Notes: generated by a model not told the origin, from the letters alone. Positions 52,518-63,668 are shown, numbered from the whole stretch's first letter. The stretch is 63,668 nt of DNA, filler included, from Octopus bimaculoides (GCF_001194135.2; 4 parts of 4 records of this genome joined end to end with filler, not necessarily neighbours in it); one strand, 5' to 3'. Translations and numbers: made by a program.

Positions 52518-53526
52518 CAGTTCTATATTTAAGAGATGGGGAATTATGTACATTATTTACAATTGACGGATATTTGTCCTCATCTTGTTTGCTGTTAACA
52601 CAATGTATCGGCTGATATATCCTCCAGCGTTCATCAGGTGTCTTGGGGAAATTTTGAACCTGGGTTCTCATTCCTAAAGTATTTTTCAGTGTTGTTAATA
52701 TTATTATTATTATTATTTATTATTCAGGTAGACAGACTGTGGACCCTATGTGAAAGGCCTCTCCAAAAAGATACAAAAGATATGCGGCCCATATGACATC
52801 AGGGCAGTATTCAAAAGTAATACAACACTTCACAAATATCTCCTTCGAGTAAAACCACCAATAGAAGACAATATGGTTAAGAACTGTGTGTACTCCATCC
52901 CATGCAGCTGTGGTAGGTTATACAAAGGCGAAATATGCCGCCCCCTTAAAATAAGGGTAGAGGAACATCGTAAAGCTGTGACACAGGGAGATATTGATAA
53001 ATCAGTATAGCTGATTATGTATGGAAAAATGGAGACCACCTCCCCCTGTGGGATGAAGTTAAAATAATAGATAGAGANNNNNNNNNNNNNNNNNNNNNNN
53101 NNNNNNNNNNNNNNNNNNNNNNNNNNNNNNNNNNNNNNNNNNNNNNNNNNNNNNNNNNNNNNNNNNNNNNNNNNNNNNNNNNNNNNNNNNNNNNNNNNNN
53201 NNNNNNNNNNNNNNNNNNNNNNNNNNNNNNNNNNNNNNNNNNNNNNNNNNNNNNNNNNNNNNNNNNNNNNNNNNNNNNNNNNNNNNNNNNNNNNNNNNNN
53301 NNNNNNNNNNNNNNNNNNNNNNNNNNNNNNNNNNNNNNNNNNNNNNNNNNNNNNNNNNNNNNNNNNNNNNNNNNNNNNNNNNNNNNNNNNNNNNNNNNNN
53401 NNNNNNNNNNNNNNNNNNNNNNNNNNNNNNNNNNNNNNNNNNNNNNNNNNNNNNNNNNNNNNNATCAGCTGAAATGTTGTGTTAACAATAAATGAGGACA
53501 AATATCCATCAATTGTAAATAATGTA
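52518..53526 (+). mobile_element. Penelope-like insertion with inverted terminal repeats and GIY-YIG fragment
   Basis: PYVKGLSKKIQKIC...VFKSNTTL...CVYSIPCSCGRLYKGE..RPLKIRVEEH. 52549-52616 and 53464-53526 are inverted repeats, and AGACTAATA flanks both sides (52509 and 53532). Confidence 0.85.
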
Positions 53527-54404
53527 AAAAAAGACTAATAAATTAAAAGCGAACCACAATCATTTACAAGCTATGACCCTAACAAACTTCATACAGTTCT
53601 TAGAAGTGTAGTATATTCTGAGTCACATTAGTAGCAACATGGACTTTCTCCCTATTCTTGCTCTATTAGAGAATTTGAGTAAAATTATATTAATGTGTCC
53701 AACTGGTTAAAATTTTTTTATTTATTTATGCAGCTGAGGATAGCCCTGCATTTAAATTGATGCAATGATTGCATTGTTCAATTAAATAGAGCTACTCGAA
53801 ACAGTCATACCTCTTGATATCCTGTTGCCTTTTTTGATGTGTGTTTTATGTTTATATTTGGTGTGTAAATGCTTGTGTGTAGCAGTCAATATGTGCTTGT
53901 TTGAGTAGTGTGTGCATGTGTTAGTGCATGAAGTGTGTGTGTAACCCTATAACGTGCATATGTATTGTATATGTTTATGTGTGAAAATTGTATGTGATTA
54001 TGCATGTTGTGTGTGTGTGTTTTCTGTGTTCAGACATGTTACATGCCTGTGCATTGTGTGTGTTTTTAGGAATGAATACTGTGTGTTGTGGGGGAATGCA
54101 TGGAGATGGAATAGGGGTTGAGAGGTATTGGGTGCTAGTGTGTGATGGGGAATGTGCATAATGGTGTGTAGTGTGGGTACTGATTTGAACAGTGTGAAGG
54201 GGTTTTCATATAGTGGTATATGATGAGGGTACTTGTTAGTGTGTGTGTGTGGGTATTGGGAGGTGTTGGGTGCTAGTGTGTGTGGAGAGGGAAGGTGCAT
54301 GTGAGTGTGTGGGTGTAGTGGTATGTGGTGTGAGGACTGAGTTGGCAGGTGAAGGGGTGTAATAAGAATGGAGGTGTCAGGCGTAGGGTCTGGATGAAGA
54401 TATA

Positions 54405-54625
54405 TTCTTTTACTTTTTTACTTGTTTCAGTCATTTGTCTGGAGCACCACCTTAAAGGGTTTTTAGTTGAAGAAATTGACCCCAATACTTATTCTTTGTA
54501 AGCCTAGTACTTGTTCTATCGGTCTCTTTTACTGAACTGCTAGGTTACAGGGATGTAAACACACCAACATCAGTTATCAAGTGATGGTGGTGGTGGGAAG
54601 CGGGGCAAACACAGACACAAAGACA
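54405..54625 (-). mobile_element. SINE family A, 3' half, CpG-decayed
   Basis: CTTGTTTCAGTCATTTG...GACCCCAATACTTATTCTTTGTAAGCCTAGTAC...GTAAACACACCAACATC. Confidence 0.8.
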
Positions 54626-54652
54626 CATACACATAAATATATACACACATAC

Positions 54653-54704
<52 letters not shown>

Positions 54705-54708
<4 letters not shown>

Positions 54709-56150
54709 GGCTTCTTCCAGTTTCAAGAACCTGGTAAAGGGCATTAGCAGGAGAATCTCCAACCTATCTTCAAGCAAAGAGATTTTTGAAACTGCTGCCC
54801 AGTGCTGTAATGAGGTTCAGGCTGCCTGCAATTCAAGGATAGAATTAGTTATACACCAGACTCTAATCCCCTCCAAGAGAAAGCGCCACCAGAAAGTATT
54901 GTGGTTCACACTGCCCTTCTCTTTAAGTGTTAAAATCCAAATAGGTTCACCAAAATATTCAATAGGCATACCCTTAGAATTTCCTTTAGCTGTGCATCAA
55001 ATGTTAAAAAGATTTTAGTAGGTAGGGCCACACTTGAGACAGAGGCAGGATGCTCATGTAAGGGTAACATATGTCCACTGGATGACCACTGTATCGCAAA
55101 GACCATTATATACAAGGCAGAGGTAACAGACATAGGACCAAATGTGCAAAAGTATGTGGGAGCAACTGAAGGTTCTTTCAGAGCCCACAAGTCCTTCAAC
55201 ATCCTAGAGAGACTTAATATCACAACCTTGGCTAAGCACATTTGATGTTTGAAAGAAAGCGCCACCAAGTACGGCATAAAGTGGAAGATTCTAGAGAAAT
55301 GTAAAGCATACTTCAATAGCAGCAGGAAGTGCAGGTTATGCCTGACTGAGAAAAGAGTGATTTTAAAGAGCACCCAACACCTTGACATTTACCTGAATAG
55401 CAGAACTGAAATTTTTAGTCCTTGCCCACATGAAGGGAAGTACATCCTATCATAACTGCATGTCCTTCCCACCATGACTATAATCACCAGTTCCCCAGCT
55501 TCAGTCCTTCACCAATACCTGGTAGTTAGGCAAAGAGTTTGACCAGAACATACATGAATGCACTCACAAACACACACACCCCAACATAGCATACACTACC
55601 CAACAGCCTTTTTCCATCCCCCGCAATATAAGTTCCCACACATTGTGCCCCTACACACACTGCATGCACACATGAAGGCCCCACAAATTTAACCAATACA
55701 TAAAAGAAAGGAAACACTAACAAACACAGATGTGTATACCCACACTCCACTGAAAAGGTTATACACATAGTACCACTACACATATTCAATTTCCACAAGA
55801 ACAGTCTTAAAAACACACTTCCCATAAACTTTTCCAGAAAACTCTTGGTGACTTGCAACAAACCACCTTCAGTAATGATGTTTTGGTACTAGGGACATAA
55901 CTCTTAACCATCTCCTGCTTGATTCATTCCATCATCTTTTTCAAAGCAACAACAAACTGGACATGTTTATTCACTTCCAACAATAGAAAGCAACTGCCAT
56001 ATTTCATTTCATAATAGCTACCTCTGATGAGCGCAGTGTTACATAATCAGACTGTTAGCTAACACTGTTGAATCCCTAGCATGAAACTGATTGGTAAGAT
56101 CAGCTGTAATGGATATATATTATACACCTCAATTAATATATCTATCTATC
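54705..56150 (+). mobile_element. Penelope-like element 3' part (RT thumb/GIY-YIG, 3' UTR, terminal hammerhead fossil)
   Basis: ISRRISNLSSSKEIFE...KRKRHQKVLWF..PFSLSVK; IIYKAEVT...YVGATEGSF; WKILEKCKAY...KCRLCLTEK...LNSRTEIFSPCPH. Confidence 0.85.
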
Positions 56151-56168
56151 TATATCTATATATATATA

Positions 56169-56268
56169 NNNNNNNNNNNNNNNNNNNNNNNNNNNNNNNN
56201 NNNNNNNNNNNNTTAATTAATTAANNNNNNNNNNNNNNNNNNNNNNNNNNNNNNNNNNNNNNNNNNNN
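56169..56268. other. Artificial scaffold-join spacer (44N + TTAATTAATTAA + 44N)
   Basis: Same 100-bp structure as at 24523. Confidence 0.9.
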
Positions 56269-56365
56269 GAGGTCGATAAAATAAGTACCAGTAGAGTACT
56301 GGAGTCGATGTAATCGATTAGCCCTCACCTTCGAACTTGCTGGCTTTGTACCAAAATTTGAAACA
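56269..56365 (+). mobile_element. SINE family B, 3' part
   Basis: GGTCGATAAAATAAGTACCAG...GTCGATGTAATCGA...TTGTACCAAAATTTGAAAC. Confidence 0.75.
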
Positions 56366-56441
56366 AGTATATATTACTCATCAAAAACGTATTGTTACCG
56401 AGTTTTCTCTGTTTTATTCATGCGCTAATATTCTTTTCTAT

Positions 56442-56595
56442 TCTAGGCACAAGGCCCGAAATTTTGGGGGAGGAGGCCAGCCGATTAGATCGACTCCAGT
56501 ACGCAACTGGTACTTAATTTATCGACCCCGAAAGGATGAAAGGCAAAGTCGACCTCAGCGGAATTTGAACTCAAAGCGTAGAGACAGACGAAATA
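56442..56595 (-). mobile_element. SINE family B, CpG-rich copy
   Basis: GGCACAAGGCCCG...GGTACTTAATTTATCGACCCCGAAAGGATGAAAGGCAAAGTCGACCTCAGCGGAATTTGAACTC. Confidence 0.85.
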
Positions 56596-56694
56596 ATTCA
56601 TGCACTAATATTGTAAGTATTCAGTTATGATTAAGGTGAAACCAATCATTTGGTTCTCAACTGCATTTGATTTTATCAAGTATTACTAGATATC

Positions 56695-56860
56695 ATAGGT
56701 GCAGGCATGGATGTAAGTAGTTTGCTTCCCAACCACATAGTTTCAGGTTCTGTCATACTGCATGAGACCTTGGGCAAGTCCTTTCTACTATTAGCACTAA
56801 GCCGATCAAAGCCTTGCGATTGGACTTTGTAGACGGGAAACCGAAAGAAGACTCTCTGTG
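56695..56860 (+). mobile_element. SINE family A, 5' part
   Basis: GGTGCAGGCATGG...AGTAGTTTGCTTCCCAACCAC...CCTTGGGCAAGT...CAAAGCCTTG. Confidence 0.7.
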
Positions 56861-57411
56861 TGTGTGTGTGTATAACGTAAAGGAACCGAGATTTGAAACT
56901 TGGGCAGATACCCTATTAACACTCTGTTGAAATCCAGATTTGGTTAACCATATCGCAAAATAGAAAACGTTTAGAATTGTTTAAGATAAACAATTAAACT
57001 GTACCCCTCTCTAATGGTAAATCCAGAGTTTCTTTTCAATAGATTTCTTGTACAATTCAGGGCATATAATCAAGACATCAAAATGACGAATGAAAAATAA
57101 TACATCTTCAAAATTATTTATTTATAAACGCCCTTTGTTCGTTTTACATTCATACATGTTTTGCTGCAGGATAAGTTTCCTAGTGTTCTTGTATAATAGT
57201 TTTGCGCATTTAATTGATTTACATTTAATCAATTGAATTGATGTGAATCAACTAAATGTACAAAACTATTGTATCAAAGGAAACAATACGTGTCGTATTG
57301 TAATATGATGTTTTAATAAATAAATAAATTTTGAAGATGTATTATTCTTCATTCCACATTCTGATGTCTTGATTACACACACACACACACACACATAAAT
57401 ATATAAATATA

Positions 57412-57445
<34 letters not shown>

Positions 57446-58175
57446 CGGCAAAGATTTATTGCAATGGCATGTTGTAAGATGTGAAAGATGAAAGAACAGT
57501 GATTGAAGTTGTAAAGAGATATTTATTTACCGTTACTTTGAATATATCCAAAACCACGACGAGTTGGTTTGTACAATTAGTAAATGGAAAAGCATGCGAG
57601 GTAAAAAGAGTTAATTTCGGCCGGTATATATGTACACGTTCTCATACTAATATATATAGAGATGGTAATGTTACAGAGAAAAGAAAGTGAGTTAGTGAGA
57701 GTGGTAGAACGAAACAACTGCTTCGTCGGTGAGTTACCATAGTTGTCCTTTTGTACCTTTTCCTTTAAAGACGGGGTTTTGTTCAGCCGGTCAGCCAGAC
57801 TCGGTTCTGACTAACTGCCTTTGGCTTACGGAGTTCTTGTTTTTATAACTATCCTAAACCAGCCAGAAGGATAGACATATTATTGAAAACAATAGATTTC
57901 GTTGGCGGTCTGTTATCTCTGTTCTAGCTTTTGGTGGCAAAGACATTATTCTGCTTGGCGAAGGCATCTGGCAAATGTAACTGCTGTCACTCACTGAAAA
58001 ACCATTGTTTTACCGTGAGAAAAGTGCTGTTGAACTGTTAAGTGAAATTTAGCGATCGAAGCTACTACACACACGCACACACATATACTGGCTCAATTAC
58101 CAGGTAATACCCGGAAAAGCAGGGGTTATTTACAGTTCCCATTCGCATTACATTGTTTCATGTCCTATCCTGTTC

Positions 58176-59444
58176 CATGTGGAACTGCATGCCGTGCTGA
58201 AAGGGCTGAACCTGGCCTTGAGGTGGGGGCTGCATACCATCGAGATCCGGACGGATTCCGCTTCTATACTTAAATGAGTGGGATCAGTGATCACAGGCGA
58301 GCGGAGGGTGCGAACCAAAGGGGGGGGGTGCAGAGATGCTGATAAAACGTCGTCTGGGAATTCTGGGCGAGCTAGCTGCCGTGGTTTTTGTGCCCTCAGA
58401 GAGGAATAGAGCGGACGTCCTGACCAGAGTAAAGAAAGCCTGGTTGCAGGTGTCAGAGGATCTGGAGCAAGGAGTGGCTGCGGTGTGTCGACTGAGTGAC
58501 TCGGAGCTGAGGAGATTACATGCCAAGCCTCACATGGAGGTGGACAGGACCCTGTTCCTAACCGGGAAAGTTGACTCTGATGTGACCAGGCAGAGTGTGC
58601 AAAGAGTAGTTGGGAGCTGCGACAGGTGCCAGTCCATTGACCCCGCTCCGGGCATGCATGAGGCAGGAAACATTCCAGTGGAACATAACTGGAGACAACT
58701 GGCAGTGGATGTGACGCACTATCGGCAGGGGACATACCTCTTGATGGTCGACTGCAGGCCGGGGCGGTTGGCCATATGGAGGGAGATGAAGATGGGGACT
58801 GGGGAGGAAATCACAAGAATACTGAATGAGATATTCCTAGAATGAGGCCCTGTGGATGAGCTGCTTATAGACAATGGCACTGCGTTTCGCTCGGAGGTGC
58901 TGGCGGAAATGCTCGACAAGTGGCATGTCAGCCGTTTCTTCAGGGCGGCATACCAGCCAAGTGGCAATAGGGTTGTGGAGAGGCATCATCGTACCATCAA
59001 GACCATAGCAGAGAGGGGCTACATTTCACCGGTCGAGGCCATTATTTGGTATAATATGTCGCCCAAGACGGGACAGGCTGAGGAGTCAGTGTTACACAGG
59101 GCAATATTCAGGTATAAGTGGAGGCATCCATGTACCGCATCACCGCATCTCGCAGAAGAGAAAGAGCATGCCTTTGTGCAGGTCAGAGAAGTCTGGGTTA
59201 AGCCCCCAAATGCGCGGTACACATCACATTGGGGAAAGGGGACAATAACCTCTGTGAATTCGAGGAACAATGTGTCCGTAGATGGCATGTCACGACATGT
59301 TTTGGATGTGCGCAGGGGCCAACAGTAATGGACAAGAGGACGAAGCCGGCAGGAACTGAAGCCAGTCCTGAAGTCCTACGGCGGTCACAGAGGGAGCGGT
59401 GCTCTCCTCACTGGTTGGCTGATTACGAGACAAGTCAAGGCGTA
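58176..59444 (+). mobile_element. Gypsy/Ty3 pol pseudogene: RNase H, integrase zinc finger, DDE core, C-terminal tail
   Basis: ELHAVLKGLNLAL.WG...TDS...NRADVLTR (RNase H); LHAKPH...CDRC (HHCC); LAVDVTH...LIDNGTAF...VERHHRTIK (DDE); LRRSQRERCSPHWLADY tail. Stops at 58275 and 58843, with a frameshift in the G-run near 58320. Confidence 0.92.
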
Positions 59445-59544
59445 NNNNNNNNNNNNNNNNNNNNNNNNNNNNNNNNNNNNNNNNNNNNTTAATTAATTAA
59501 NNNNNNNNNNNNNNNNNNNNNNNNNNNNNNNNNNNNNNNNNNNN
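59445..59544. other. Artificial scaffold-join spacer (44N + TTAATTAATTAA + 44N)
   Basis: Same 100-bp structure as at 24523. Confidence 0.9.
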
Positions 59545-59590
59545 ATACACACACACACATACACACACATATGTATGTATTAAAAATTAA

Positions 59591-59837
59591 GGGTACTACG
59601 GGTAGGACCGGCACGCTAAAAATACCAAATTTTCACTGATATACAGTAATTGAAGACGGAGGAGTGAGCAAAATTTCTAAGCCCCCGTACCAATATCGAA
59701 ATCAATTTACGATTCTTTTCGTTATTGGTGCTGGGACTTAGCAATTTTGCTCATTCTCCGGTCTTCAATTAATGTGTGCATCAGTGATACTTCAATTAAT
59801 GTGCACTTTTAGCGTGCCGGTGCTACCTGTAGTACCT
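59591..59837. mobile_element. Foldback MITE with TTAA TSD, Kolobok-type
   Basis: TTAA|GGGTACTACGGGTAGGACCGGCACGCTAAAA ... TTTTAGCGTGCCGGTGCTACCTGTAGTACCT|TTAA. Internal arms are also inverted around a loop of about 27 nt. Confidence 0.8.
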
Positions 59838-60522
59838 TTAATTATTAATTAATAATTTTTTTACCTCATGGTATTTATTTCTTACGTATACTATGCCACT
59901 GGATATCATTGTAAATAATAATAGCCCTATATATATATATACATATATATGTAGACAGCCGACAACTGATGAAGGGTCATTCTTTGTGTTACTTGTCCTG
60001 TTTTCCATTTGTTTCTCTCGTTGTTTGCGTATTGAACTCATTTGTTTTCGTATTTCATGTTGTTTACTGTTGGTGATGTCCTGTACCCATATATATGGGA
60101 AGATATTCATTTAAAATACAGAGATGCCTATAATAGGACATCTAACCTGCTAGAAAGAGCAGCCAAAATCTCTATACCACAATTAGGGATAATTTCGAAA
60201 GGGAATGAAAAATAAAAACATTTACCAATCTATTTTCCGTACCATGGTTTCAAGCTATTTTAGCAAAATAAAATATTTTGCCAGGTCAGCTATCTTCAGC
60301 GGAATAACCTAGATTTAACATATAAACACGAGGCACTACATAGAAAACATGACTTATGCTTATATGCTTAATTTTTCAAAATTTACCGCGCATGTGCGGT
60401 TTACCTTATCGGCAGCAAATACAAAAAAAAAATGCCGATTTTCTTTCAGAAATTAGCCCAAAAATATTTTATCACTATTAATAAATCAAATCTTTTTTTT
60501 GCTACCCTATGATTTATATGGG

Positions 60523-60558
<36 letters not shown>

Positions 60559-61041
60559 CAAAGGCGTGCAGTTTTCGACCACCAAAATCAACTGAAAAGC
60601 TTAGCGCAGAATGCTTCTCAGATCGAACCCGGGACCACGGGATTCCAAGCTTTTTAAAATATTTTCTTTGCTGTAAATTTCGTTCCAACAAAGAAACAAT
60701 GACTCGTCGTTGGTATTTCGACACCACCATGAAATTGTGTGTGTGTGTGAAAGAAGAGTGTTATAGCTGGCTTGATGCATTGTGATATAGAAGTGGAATA
60801 ATAAACGAAAAAAGAGGTATATTGTAAAGACCTTTAAATATTTCTGGCACGAAGACCCGTCAGAAGAAGAACACTGTTAAGAAATCTGAGTCTTTGTAGA
60901 TCCTACCATCGCTTTCTTCTGATGATGGGCGGCCTTTGTGTCGAGAATATATTAAGGGTTTTCAAGTCCCTACTTTGCCTGCTGAGAAACTCTCCTCCTT
61001 CCCTCTTTTGTTTGTTATTTTACTTAAATGTATGTATGTGT

Positions 61042-61084
<43 letters not shown>

Positions 61085-61194
61085 NNNNNNNNNNNNNNNN
61101 NNNNNNNNNNNNNNNNNNNNNNNNNNNNNNNNNNNNNNNNNNNNNNNNNNNNNNNNNNNNNNNNNNNNNNNNNNNNNNNNNNNNNNNNNNNNNN

Positions 61195-61251
<57 letters not shown>

Positions 61252-61297
61252 TATATATATATATACATACATACATATATATATATTTATATATGGA

Positions 61298-61655
61298 TAT
61301 GGCCGTGTGGTAAGAAGCTTGCTTCCCAACCACATGGTTCTGGGTTTAGACCCATTACGTCACACATAAGGCTAGTATCTTCTACTATAGCCTTTGGCCG
61401 ACTAAGGCCTTGGGAGTGGATATAATAGACGGAAAGCTGTGTTTATGCTTGTCCCCCACCCATCACCACTTGACAACCGGTGTTGGTGTGTTCGCATCCC
61501 CGTAACTTAGCTGTTCAGCAAAAAAGTCCAATAGAATATGTACCAGGCTTTAAAAAAAAAAGGGGTCGATTCATTCATTCAACTAAAAATTCAAGGTAGT
61601 GCCCCAACATGGCCACAGTCTAATGACTGCAACAAGTAAAAGATGAAAGATATAT
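61298..61655 (+). mobile_element. SINE family A, near full length
   Basis: Head GGCCGTGTGGTAAGAAGCTTGCTTCCCAACCAC, body, and tail ACTGCAACAAGTAAAAG. Confidence 0.8.
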
Positions 61656-61828
61656 AAAGGAATATTTTTGCGTGTGTACATATATGTATGTATGTATATA
61701 CATACATATATTATATATATATACACATATGTGTATATATGTATATATATAGGAATTTATGTAAATATATGTGTATATATAGAATTTATGTTTGTATACA
61801 TATGTATATGAATTTATGTGTGTGTATA

Positions 61829-61881
<53 letters not shown>

Positions 61882-61891
61882 NNNNNNNNNN

Positions 61892-61929
<38 letters not shown>

Positions 61930-61934
61930 GTGTG

Positions 61935-62140
61935 TGTATGTGTATGTATGTGTTTGTCCCTCCCCCCCCAACATCGCTTGACAACCGATGCTGGTGTGTT
62001 TGCGGTTGGGCAAAAGAGAACCTATAAACTAAGTACTAGTCTTACAAAGAATAAGTCCTGGGGTCGATTCGCTCGACTAAAAGCGGTGCTCCAGTATGGC
62101 CGCCGTAAAATTACTGAAACAAGTAAAAGAATAAAAGAAT
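61935..62140 (+). mobile_element. SINE family A, 3' half
   Basis: CATCGCTTGACAACCGATGCTGGTGTGTTT...GTCGATTCGCTCGACTAAAGCGGTGCTCCAG...GAAACAAGTAAAAGAATAAAAG. Confidence 0.8.
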
Positions 62141-62800
62141 TCTATGTATGTATATATACTGAGAGTTCATGAATTATCTTTATAACTGCCACAGTTTATC
62201 TTCTGGGTGTGTTACATACAACCAATGTAACCCAGGTGGACGTGTTCTGATGTCTTTCTTAAAACGTTATTTCTTTACTCATGTTTTCCAATAAACAATG
62301 TTGAGTTTTCTTTACTTATTTAAAATTTCTTTCTGAATTTTTCTGAATTTTAAAGGTAATTTATGGATATCCTTCATATATATGTACGTATGCATGTATG
62401 TAAATATTTATGAATGTATGTGTGTATGAATGTATGTATATCTGTGTATTCATGTATATGTTTATGAATGTGTGTACATTCATATGCATATTATATATCT
62501 ACATCTATGTGTGTGCATGTATGTGGACATGTGTGTATATTTGTGCGTGTTTATATATGCAAACATTGGCAGATATGCATACTTGTATATATCTATGTTC
62601 TTACGTAGAGATATATGTATGTATGAATATATGAAAGTTTGTATATGTATGCGTTTAAGTGTGTTTGTCTGTCTGAATATATGTATATATATATATGTAT
62701 GTATTTAGTAGTGTATGCATGCATGAATATGCGTATGTATGTATATATGTATGTACGTACGTATGGATATACATATATATACACATATACATATATACAT

Positions 62801-62855
<55 letters not shown>

Positions 62856-62935
62856 CACATACATATATATATACACATACTTGTACATATATATATATAC
62901 NNNNNNNNNNNNNNNNNNNNNNNNNNNNNNNNATA

Positions 62936-62981
<46 letters not shown>

Positions 62982-63084
62982 CATACATACATATAGATAT
63001 ATATATATGTGTATGTGTATATATACACTCACATGCACACATAAATACATACTTACACACACGTGTGTGTGTGTGTGTGTGTAG

Positions 63085-63210
63085 ATGACGGATTTTAGTC
63101 GGGCCGAGGCTATAGTAAAAATACTTGTCCAAGGTGCCATGCAGTGGGACTGAACTCGGAGCAATGTGGTTGCAGAGCAAACTGATGACTACTGAGCCAC
63201 GCTTGCACAC
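63085..63210 (-). mobile_element. SINE family A, 5' part
   Basis: GTCGGGCCGAGGCTATAGTA...CTTGTCCAAGGTGCCATGCAGTGGGACTGAAC. Confidence 0.75.
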
Positions 63211-63339
63211 ATGCATACATACATACATACATACGTACGTACATATGTCTGTATATATATTCTTACACACAAACTTGTATATATGTATATATATGTGTGT
63301 ATTAAAAAATATATATATATGTATGTGTATATATATATA

Positions 63340-63378
<39 letters not shown>

Positions 63379-63668
63379 TTGTGCGTGAGTGTTTGTGCAT
63401 CTGCCGATGTATGGATGTATTCCCTCCGTGTATATTTACATTCATACAATTACTTTTGTGAATGTCTACGGTTTAACTTATGTATGCATTCATACAGTAT
63501 GTTATACTCCCGCATTATTTTACATGTTTTATACTCTTATATGAATACATATATTTGGAAAACACATATATACATCATCATCAGCGTTTAACGTATGTCC
63601 TACACAAATATATATATATACACATACACACAGGCACACAGAGACATAATATATATATATATATATAT

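Noticed and set aside
57700-58060. CpG-containing unique stretch as a promoter or LTR
   Set aside because: No TG...CA ends, second LTR copy, PBS or core promoter motif could be supported.
59955-60110. Hammerhead motif (CTGATGAAGGG) in a Penelope-like tail
   Set aside because: No matching GAAAC half or closing stem was found downstream.
60390-60730. NRF1-like near-palindrome ACCGCGCATGTGCGGT, and a minus-strand ORF with a B-box-like GGTTCGATC
   Set aside because: Isolated short motifs with no A box, cloverleaf or homology to support a promoter, tRNA or exon.

Overview
AT-rich, microsatellite-dense eukaryotic DNA with many N gaps. The SINE families and repeat landscape point to an octopus genome (inference, not a database result). 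One protein-coding gene is supportable: a + strand, spliced HELZ2-like gene with three tandem CCCH zinc modules and the pre-helicase region. Its exons are 31130-32344, 35045-35258, 36875-37007, candidate 47645-47725, 48604-49070 and 50781-51236, and their splice phases join into one ORF. Neither the start exon nor the helicase-motif exons were found. The rest is mostly transposon debris: tRNA-derived SINEs, RTE, RTE-X and CR1-type LINE fragments, several Penelope-like (GIY-YIG) elements, and Copia and Gypsy pol remnants. DNA transposon remains include a mariner, hAT and Chapaev3-like fossils, and mariner, hAT and Kolobok-type MITEs. Main observations: (1) hammerhead-ribozyme motifs in Penelope termini, one with an apparently intact core; (2) a CpG-depleted domain of about 31-56 kb covering the gene, read from matched SINE copies and ending at an artificial 44N-TTAATTAATTAA-44N join; (3) a 62-bp mariner fragment captured inside a GIY-YIG element. 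Protein family calls rest on motifs recalled from memory, not on searches.
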